Positions 57,301 through 64,000 of a stretch of 64,000 nt of DNA are shown here, piece after piece (the first letter of the stretch is position 1; every line of letters begins with the position of its first letter). Origin of the DNA: an uncultured virus (IMG/VR IMGVR_UViG_3300009500_000013) (lineage: Duplodnaviria > Heunggongvirae > Uroviricota > Caudoviricetes); IMG/VR virus record IMGVR_UViG_3300009500_000013. The stretch is one strand, 5' to 3'. The notes beneath the pieces were generated by a model, which was given only the letters and a program-made list of their open reading frames with translations, was not told where the DNA came from and did not search any database. The position numbers and the translations under genes were made by a program.

Positions 57301-60300
57301 CTCTAGTTCCAGCACCAATACTTCCTATTAATAAATTCCTTGCTGCTCTTGTACTGACTTCAATATCGTACATTGTAGAATCAGGAAGCGGATCATTAAT
57401 TCTTAATAAACTATCCCAGTTAGTAATAGCTACTGCATTTACCAATGCTAATTGATTATTAACTTTTTCTATGAAATTTCTTCTTGCAATAAGTCTATTA
57501 CTAAAAAAGGTTTGACGAGGTCTAAAAGCTGTACCATATTTGATTACTGAACTTAATGTAGGATCAGGAACTGTTAAATTTAAATCATCAAACCCTACTA
57601 AACTGTCTCTTAATTTATTCCATAAATCTATATACGGTGGAGTATTCTGATCTTCTTCCCTTAATAATAACCATTGTTTATGAATTATACTATCATTAGC
57701 ATTTTCATAAAACACAACTTGTAAAACGCTACTTTGATCATTTATAAAAGTATCTGCATTATAAATTATAAAAGCATTTATATCTATTGGAGCAAACCAT
57801 ACAATATTTTGATTTACAGTATTGGATATTAAGTTTGCTACGCTATTTGCATCTAATCTTCGTTGTGGCAATCCATCTGGAATAGTTGTTGGTAATAATA
57901 CCCAAAAATAATAAGTGGTAATATTACTATTACTGTTGCTATCATATTCAACAACTTGAGAAAATGGTGTGTCGCCTTGATTATCTACATAAACCGTTCC
58001 TGATGGTCTATTAGTACCTGTTTGTTGCTGTGACAATACATAAGAAGCATAATTATCTGGCGAAACTGGGCTTGCAGTCCATTCATAAATGTCTACTGAA
58101 ACACCAGGAGCCAATGAACCCCAATTTTTTCTTCTATAATTTAAATCACCTTGTTCATAGTCTAAATATCTAGTTGTACTCAAATCCCACCATAATTGAC
58201 CAAGCTGAGCTGCACCCCAAGAATTTGCTATATCAATATTATCATTAGTATTGATACTATCCGTATAAAAAGCAGGGTCATTGTCTATTTTATAAGTTAT
58301 TTCTTCATCTGCACTAGCAAATATTAATCCTTTTACTGGGTCATAAACCTGAACTTTTACTTGATCAATATTAGTAATACTGTCATAGATATAAGTAGTA
58401 TAGATTACGTCAGTATTAATTCTATCATTTTGTAATCTTTCTTCTCCCCAACCATCTGATGAATAACTATAAACTGCCCATAAACTTAATTCATTGCTAT
58501 CAACAAATGATAAATCATTTACTAACCATCCATTAAATGGAACAAAATTATCTCTTTCAGTTAATGAACTAAATCTAACTGGTTTTAAAACATAAACAAA
58601 TGGCGAAACTAAATTACTGGTTAATGCTAAACCTGCATCAACTGTTACATTACCAGAAACTGTAAAATTAGTACCTAAAGAATCACTAATAACTAATTGG
58701 TTACTTTGGCTAATACTTGCAGTAGTTGAGGAGTTTCCTGCATTTATTAAAGCATTGTTTATATCACTAACTGTTTGTGTTATACCATTGCTAGTAAGAG
58801 TAACTATAATTGGTGTTTGGTTCGTTAATGTAATAGTTAAAGTATCACCAATAGTAAAAACTGGATTTTCTATAGTTCCTTGAATTTCTGTACTATATAT
58901 TATTCCTGTATCAATAGCAACATCAATACTAAATTGCGTGTTTAATAATGTTTGACTAGAACTATTAGTATTTAAAACTTGTTGAACGCCTTGTAATTCT
59001 CCACTTGTAGCAGTAGAAGTTTGCAAAAACAATATATCATTTGGATTTAAATCATGAGGTGTCAAACAAGTAAAGATTGTTGGGTCACTAGGATTTTCTC
59101 CTATTTCAATACTTACAAGCTGAGCATCTTTGCATACTCGATAAACTGTCCAATCTTTATCATCTTTTAATATTTGCCAAATAGTATCCCCATCATTAAA
59201 TACTCCACCATTTTCTAATACTTGAGTCGAAAATAAATCAGTAAGAGCGGAAGTATTCAAAACAGTATAAGTAGTTTCATTTAACTGAACGTAACCAGCA
59301 GTTGGTAAGTCTCTACTTGTATCGTTTTGAAAATTTCTTAACGTAAATTGTTTATTTGTTGTATTATTGGTATTTTTTAATACCCAACGTGGATCATTAG
59401 GTAAAATATCTATATGGGTTGGGTCAGTATCTGCTATATTATTGAATTCTATAAGTTGTGGATTCGTAGTAAAATCACTTGGTCTAATCTGTAATTCAAA
59501 AGAGCTTTTTCTTTCTGTATTGCCATAACTATTTAACAAAAAAGCCCATTCTTCTAAAACATTAAATCCAGCAGTCTTAGTAATAAAATTGCTTCTTAAA
59601 ATATTACTAAAACTTGGCAATGTTCCTTTGCTTTTGATAAAACCTAAATAATAATCAAATTCAGTCTTATTATCTAGTAATAATCCATCCATATAATCAG
59701 TTTCAACATAACCAAGGGTATGTTGTGCTAAAGCATTCGTATCACCACTACTTGGTGAACGATCAAAATCATAAAAATGTCTAAATTGATCTACACTAGT
59801 TTCAAAATTCTTTATTAACGTAGAATCTTGAACTAGAAACCCATCAGCTATTGGTTGTCCTAACCAATTAGTAGTTCTATCAACAAAAATCTGAAGTCGT
59901 GGCAATCTAATACCTAAAACTGGATTATAAATTAAATTTCCAAAATTAGTAGTATTATCAAGTATTAACGCATGTTCATATTCTTTTAAACTTAATCTTA
60001 AGCAATAGACACCTTGAACACTGGAATCATTTAATGTTATTTCAAAACTATTAGCATTTCTAGTAACAGTATATTTGTCATTTGAAATAGCAAATCCTAA
60101 GCGATCTAATACACCATAAACTCCATTAACAAACTCAGCAGTATTATCTACAAATCCTTGGGTAAAATTATAAACTAAATGATCACTTGCTGGACTAAAT
60201 ATTATTGCATCTCCAGCAGTTAATTGTATTTGACTCCATGATAAAAAGTCATTTGCTGCACTAATAAAATCTTTTGGCCGTGAATTTACCGTATCATAAT

Positions 60301-63300
60301 CAGCAAAAGACCATCCTTGTGATTCTAGCCATGCTTGATAGCCAACAAAAAAGTCATAAACGCTTTGTCTAGTAGAGAAAGATGAATAATACAAAACATC
60401 TACTGATTCATTAGCAATTTGATAATTATTATTAACTGTAACATTTTTTACTGTTAATGATGTAAAACTTGAATTTTGTACTGGTAATATTTTAAATTTT
60501 TGGGATACGCTATCATAACCGCTTATTCTGTAGCTAGTACCATCCCATATAACTATTACAGCACTATATATTGGTTGAGAAATACTAGCACCTTCATAAA
60601 GAATAGTGTTTATGTTTGCTGATGGGATTATACCAAAACTTTCACTATTAAGTTCAAGTGTAGTAGTGTCAATAAATGAAGCAGTTCTATATCCTAATTG
60701 AGCATTAAGATAAGTTTGCAAATATGCAAAATTGGCAGTTATATCTATATTTTTTGATGTTAAATAGTCACTAGACCATTGACTTATACCTTTTACGGTT
60801 ACTAAATTACCCAAAGAATCTAATTGATTATGTACCAATAAGTCTATACTACCAGTTCTTCTCAAAAAATCAGTATTATATATTTGTCCATGATCTCTTG
60901 CTAATTTTCTAGCTTCCCAAAAAGTATCAACAAATCTAGCTGGCTTTGCTAAATATAACGCTTCACTTAAATCAAAAGAATAACTTGAGCTAGTAAACCA
61001 TCTTGTTTCCACAGGAGAAAGATCACCAAAATTCCAGTTTGCTTGAGCATCTATAACATTGGGTACAGAATTTACTAATCCTAAACTAATTGGATCAATA
61101 AGGTTTCCTTGACTATCGACTGGAATAAAATTCAATAACCCTTCTCGAGAAAGATAATCATAGGTTCCAGCTCTATTTCCTTGTTTAATCGTACCAGTAG
61201 ACAAATCTGTCCACATGTAAAGATTTTGAGCTGTGTAAGGAGCAGAACCATACTCAGATTGCCACCATAACGGTTCTTGACTAAAGCCAAGCATTTCCCA
61301 AGGAGACGTATGGGGTCTAAATGTATCATAAAAATATTGAAATATACCCCTCCAATGTCCAGGAGAAGGTTTTCCGTTTGGTAATTTTGTATTACTATAG
61401 TTCCAAGTTAAAGGATTTCCTTGGTCAAAAGTAGTATTTAAGACAGTATCTAATCTGTTTGCTACTGCCCATCTATCATACCTTGGTTTTTGTATATTTA
61501 ACCATTCTTCTCTTGAATAATCAGTAGTTCTCCAATATCCAGGTATAACCTCTAAGCTATCAAATTCTAAAACCCTATCTGGATTACTATAGCTACTATC
61601 AATATTGTTGTATATTTGATTTTCTAATTCTAATATTACTTGATCTCTATAATCGTTATATGCAGTGAATAAACTACCATCATGTCTTCTTATAACCATT
61701 GTAGCTGGAGTTTTTAGTGTATCAAGGAATATTTCTGGCGTATAAGTTTTAGTAACCCCTAAAACTGCTGCTGTAGCTGGTATATAATAAGTCTGTGATG
61801 TTGAATTACTGTTATAAAAAGGAAAACTTGAATTTTTTCCTAAATTTATTTGAGTTATAGCATCAGATAACCAAGTAGAAGCAGGGATACTATCTGTGTA
61901 TCCTTGAGTAATAAACTGATTAAGTTTAATCAATAATTTACTAAAAAATGTCGTATATTCTCTATTTGAATATCTTATAGCATTAGTTAATTTTAAGTTA
62001 TCTGAGCCAGTTAATAAACCAACTCTTAACATGCTGGCAGTATGATTTAAAATATTTGAACCTAAAGAAAGGTTTCTTAAAGTATCTCTAAAGTTATTAT
62101 TACCAAAAGCAGAGCCTACCAATGAAGTTTGTGCATTTATAATACTTGATAATTGTGGTAAAATTTCATTAAAAGTTTGAGTAACTATTCTTTGATTATT
62201 AGGATTGCTTTCAAGATTGAATGGAATTGAAAAATAACCATCATTAGTTACTGTTGGTATAGTATCAGCATAAAGCTGAATTTCTAAAACATCATTAGTA
62301 TTTAATGCCAATGAATCGCTAAGCATTAATACATTTTCACTTACATCATAATCTGTATTTTCTACTAATATGTTACCATTTAAATACACTCTTACGTTTG
62401 GCTGAAAAGCATTTATATTTTGATCTGGCGTTATAGCTAAATTATAACTTCTTTGGTACTCAACCAGATTTAAATTATCCAATATTGGAGTAATAACAAA
62501 CTCTTGATTAACTGTTTGTCTGCTTGGTGAGGCATCACCATACCAATCATTTAAGTATTGGTCAAGCGTAGAATCAAAAGCGTTATTTTGATTTAAGCAC
62601 CAATAATAACCTTTAATAATATTGGTTATTTCATTACTTACATAAGTATAAGCGTTATTTCCCAAATCATTATAAAAACTTATATCTCCAAAAGTATCAA
62701 AGGTTAAATTTATTCCTAATGTTGTATCTACAATATTTCCATTTGGAACGTAATTAAATAATACTGAACCTGTAAAATTAGATTGTGGATATTTAATAGA
62801 ATCATCTAACCTTATATTATCTATGTCATATAAAGAAAATAATGGTGGTTGGTTAGTTAAATTTTTTGTTTGTCCTAAAATCCAAGCATTATTGTTATAC
62901 CAGTAATATTGACCAGCATTTATTATGCCGCTTTTTATCCTTACTGTTTCGCCTTGTTGTGGGATTCCATTTGCATTTAATCCATCTTTAACAATAGATA
63001 ATCCAATAACTCCTAACGTATTAATACCAAATACTCTATATATTATATTATTTCTGCTAGTATTAGTATCTCCAGTTAATAAAATAGTCATTCCTTCTAC
63101 TAAAGGAACGCCATCAATACTATATGAACTTTTTCCAACTATATCAACTAAATTATCTTTAGTAGATAAAACATCTACATCTTGTCTTGCATATCTACCC
63201 CAATTATATAGTTCTAAATTTGGTAAAAACTCTATAATAGGTCTTGTTGCTTGAATAAATGAACTATTATCACTGTTAACATTACCAAGAACATTTTTAT

Positions 63301-64000
63301 GAAACCAGCGATTACTTCTGCTCCAAGCATTACCATTGTTACTATCTCTTCTTATAGTCCAGTATTGTGCTGGTGTTCCTTCACTATATCCATCATAAGG
63401 GGTTGAATCATAACTTGGTACGTCATATTGATTAGAAATATTATATATATTGTCATTTATAAGACTAATTGAGTTTCCAACACCTTCTACTATAAAAGCA
63501 GTATTATTATATTCTGTATTAACATCTGCTGTAAATTGCACTTTCATACCAGAACTTAACACTAAACCACTTGGTGTAGTATATGATATTTGTCCAATTA
63601 TATCAGTTACAACATCAGTAATATCTGTAATTATGTTTATTTGTGGTCCAATTTGTACCCAAAAGTAATTGGTAAAGTTAATAAACATATCAGGATTAAT
63701 AGGCGGACACCATGAATAATATTCTTGACTAAACAATCTGCTTTCGTTTATAGTGTTAGCACCGTCAAATTTTAAACTATTAACAATATCTGAATAAAAT
63801 TCTGTAAAATTATTAGTATTTGTATTATCAACACTTACAACCGTAGGTTCTAACTGATAATCATTTCTTTTTGCTGTTGGTTCCTGAATATAAAAATCTT
63901 CAGATGGATCATAATACAAACCATTTTTTTCACCAACAAATCCGCTTATACTTTCTAAAGAACTAGGTTGTATAAGTGTATCCGCTGTAACACTTAAAAA
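54383..64000 (-). CDS. very large virion structural protein (baseplate-wedge-like), 5'-partial
   Basis: Frame stays open to 64000 (>3200 aa); NYFW, N.WSR.NRWFH, KPYH.K and GYD repeats typical of large-myophage structural proteins. Confidence 0.75.
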   Translation of the reverse strand, partial: FLSVTADTLIQPSSLESISGFVGEKNGLYYDPSEDFYIQEPTAKRNDYQLEPTVVSVDNTNTNNFTEFYSDIVNSLKFDGANTINESRLFSQEYYSWCPPINPDMFINFTNYFWVQIGPQINIITDITDVVTDIIGQISYTTPSGLVLSSGMKVQFTADVNTEYNNTAFIVEGVGNSISLINDNIYNISNQYDVPSYDSTPYDGYSEGTPAQYWTIRRDSNNGNAWSRSNRWFHKNVLGNVNSDNSSFIQATRPIIEFLPNLELYNWGRYARQDVDVLSTKDNLVDIVGKSSYSIDGVPLVEGMTILLTGDTNTSRNNIIYRVFGINTLGVIGLSIVKDGLNANGIPQQGETVRIKSGIINAGQYYWYNNNAWILGQTKNLTNQPPLFSLYDIDNIRLDDSIKYPQSNFTGSVLFNYVPNGNIVDTTLGINLTFDTFGDISFYNDLGNNAYTYVSNEITNIIKGYYWCLNQNNAFDSTLDQYLNDWYGDASPSRQTVNQEFVITPILDNLNLVEYQRSYNLAITPDQNINAFQPNVRVYLNGNILVENTDYDVSENVLMLSDSLALNTNDVLEIQLYADTIPTVTNDGYFSIPFNLESNPNNQRIVTQTFNEILPQLSSIINAQTSLVGSAFGNNNFRDTLRNLSLGSNILNHTASMLRVGLLTGSDNLKLTNAIRYSNREYTTFFSKLLIKLNQFITQGYTDSIPASTWLSDAITQINLGKNSSFPFYNSNSTSQTYYIPATAAVLGVTKTYTPEIFLDTLKTPATMVIRRHDGSLFTAYNDYRDQVILELENQIYNNIDSSYSNPDRVLEFDSLEVIPGYWRTTDYSREEWLNIQKPRYDRWAVANRLDTVLNTTFDQGNPLTWNYSNTKLPNGKPSPGHWRGIFQYFYDTFRPHTSPWEMLGFSQEPLWWQSEYGSAPYTAQNLYMWTDLSTGTIKQGNRAGTYDYLSREGLLNFIPVDSQGNLIDPISLGLVNSVPNVIDAQANWNFGDLSPVETRWFTSSSYSFDLSEALYLAKPARFVDTFWEARKLARDHGQIYNTDFLRRTGSIDLLVHNQLDSLGNLVTVKGISQWSSDYLTSKNIDITANFAYLQTYLNAQLGYRTASFIDTTTLELNSESFGIIPSANINTILYEGASISQPIYSAVIVIWDGTSYRISGYDSVSQKFKILPVQNSSFTSLTVKNVTVNNNYQIANESVDVLYYSSFSTRQSVYDFFVGYQAWLESQGWSFADYDTVNSRPKDFISAANDFLSWSQIQLTAGDAIIFSPASDHLVYNFTQGFVDNTAEFVNGVYGVLDRLGFAISNDKYTVTRNANSFEITLNDSSVQGVYCLRLSLKEYEHALILDNTTNFGNLIYNPVLGIRLPRLQIFVDRTTNWLGQPIADGFLVQDSTLIKNFETSVDQFRHFYDFDRSPSSGDTNALAQHTLGYVETDYMDGLLLDNKTEFDYYLGFIKSKGTLPSFSNILRSNFITKTAGFNVLEEWAFLLNSYGNTERKSSFELQIRPSDFTTNPQLIEFNNIADTDPTHIDILPNDPRWVLKNTNNTTNKQFTLRNFQNDTSRDLPTAGYVQLNETTYTVLNTSALTDLFSTQVLENGGVFNDGDTIWQILKDDKDWTVYRVCKDAQLVSIEIGENPSDPTIFTCLTPHDLNPNDILFLQTSTATSGELQGVQQVLNTNSSSQTLLNTQFSIDVAIDTGIIYSTEIQGTIENPVFTIGDTLTITLTNQTPIIVTLTSNGITQTVSDINNALINAGNSSTTASISQSNQLVISDSLGTNFTVSGNVTVDAGLALTSNLVSPFVYVLKPVRFSSLTERDNFVPFNGWLVNDLSFVDSNELSLWAVYSYSSDGWGEERLQNDRINTDVIYTTYIYDSITNIDQVKVQVYDPVKGLIFASADEEITYKIDNDPAFYTDSINTNDNIDIANSWGAAQLGQLWWDLSTTRYLDYEQGDLNYRRKNWGSLAPGVSVDIYEWTASPVSPDNYASYVLSQQQTGTNRPSGTVYVDNQGDTPFSQVVEYDSNSNSNITTYYFWVLLPTTIPDGLPQRRLDANSVANLISNTVNQNIVWFAPIDINAFIIYNADTFINDQSSVLQVVFYENANDSIIHKQWLLLREEDQNTPPYIDLWNKLRDSLVGFDDLNLTVPDPTLSSVIKYGTAFRPRQTFFSNRLIARRNFIEKVNNQLALVNAVAITNWDSLLRINDPLPDSTMYDIEVSTRAARNLLIGSIGAGTRVLVLNDELLNNYWSLWTYQGNSQWTLISNEQYRSTDYWQNIDWYSAGYSVSTKIDYTFNTISDMNSNVNEFVSGNIIKVLNNGAGNFAIYLYTLVNGLSQFALIAQGNGTIEFLDNLYNYDITNTSLDLAISTVLKNFILAFRNTLLTTVQQNEIFITMVRYAHTEQSIIPWAFKTSMVYGQGFDLSFTQDYILPNDETDDLVSFFTEAKPYHVKLRTLTEQRRTQVDTANVQVTDQYTNHIKFLYDRVIGTSNIPDNANPANYDVNKLTAADRAQLYYAPTEGMPPKVLSQLVSRTEFGGTVMDGAKFYQFGTVLGAGFDNQPYDENVLGGYDFDTRDLEKFYDVFVNGGASNVTIPGNFLPVNNTDSSIIIDGNKFIEPLLSKNHPEELTRVRAGDAVSISIYTQDTPTGISGYDTVGYDTGQYDSDLTDLPVSQIRRPKMRTKIFSGTPAGITGSFTIGQVPQNKQALFVYLNGVLLKPSQFTYNTNNSTIILNNAIFTNDILTITSFGVGGGVIQKRKVYNNSNATTFDLKTPISDVSNIFATVDGAIATVSYSGTQITIMSPIPNNSQVAITIFDRNTFSKILTEQTVLTSTNQLVPVASPAKNANPQLLNTDVFLNGLRLMPFPSNVFTRDGITTSYNLPVSALLTTNVILYNNGQLDDPTTYTTTNTQIIFNDAGTIGETYLVIVQEGADYSIIGNESIQLNVGNAGDTLAVTTYAIDDTFGTYQLAYFSNPNNNYIFGLKPRDINSILVYKNGNLLNYGVNYKLIDSTTGYDSLKDNASESGFANASNNIAVQITDMYNVGDKIVIKYFTQLPSKEPIAFRIFKNIFGNYEFSRISDANSTFLTNTLLPSDRTITVNDATVLKQPDINNQEPGIIFINGERIIFWTVDTSVPNQNVLGQCLRGTQGTGINLQLSSGTIVRDANTNQILPDNRLNWEVNTEGLIYADSEVADFLRMGSGSVNFSG

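Noticed and set aside
1..64000. Stop-codon reassignment
   Set aside because: Long genes are intact in code 11, TAG and TGA both end coupled genes, and the breaks are frameshifts rather than in-frame stops
1..64000. Bacterial chromosome or prophage interpretation based on hldE, pth, the M16 peptidase and gapR
   Set aside because: These genes are scattered among phage replication, structural and hypothetical genes, with no bacterial operons, integrase or att site visible

Overview
A very AT-rich, gene-dense 64 kb segment of a large, T4-superfamily-like (probably jumbo) tailed phage genome read in the standard bacterial code. Core and metabolic genes include a family B DNA polymerase, a sliding-clamp-like protein, dNMP kinase, MazG, dCMP deaminase, HldE, Pth, an M16 peptidase, a double-AAA ATPase, virion-like proteins (one >3200 aa, running off the right edge) and seven CCA-ended tRNAs. 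GapR and an initiator tRNA with an A29:U41 pair suggest an alphaproteobacterial host. The notable features are: (i) about 30 divergent paralogs sharing a [DE]xNY[FL]xL motif, mostly in two tandem arrays; (ii) a 1810-aa polyprotein of ADP-ribosyltransferase-like and GNAT modules joined by near-identical DNA linkers and I-x-E junctions resembling prohead-protease sites; (iii) two foreign-looking genes flanked by 15-bp and 9-bp direct repeats at start codons; (iv) six DNA methyltransferases, one with an intein and an overprinted second subunit, plus an orphan ThaI-family nuclease; (v) a translation-rescue set (Pth, a release-factor-like domain with IGQ, and a promoter-terminator unit containing only minigenes). 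Several genes carry 1-2 nt insertions that may be long-read errors. All family assignments come from motif recognition by eye, not from database searches.
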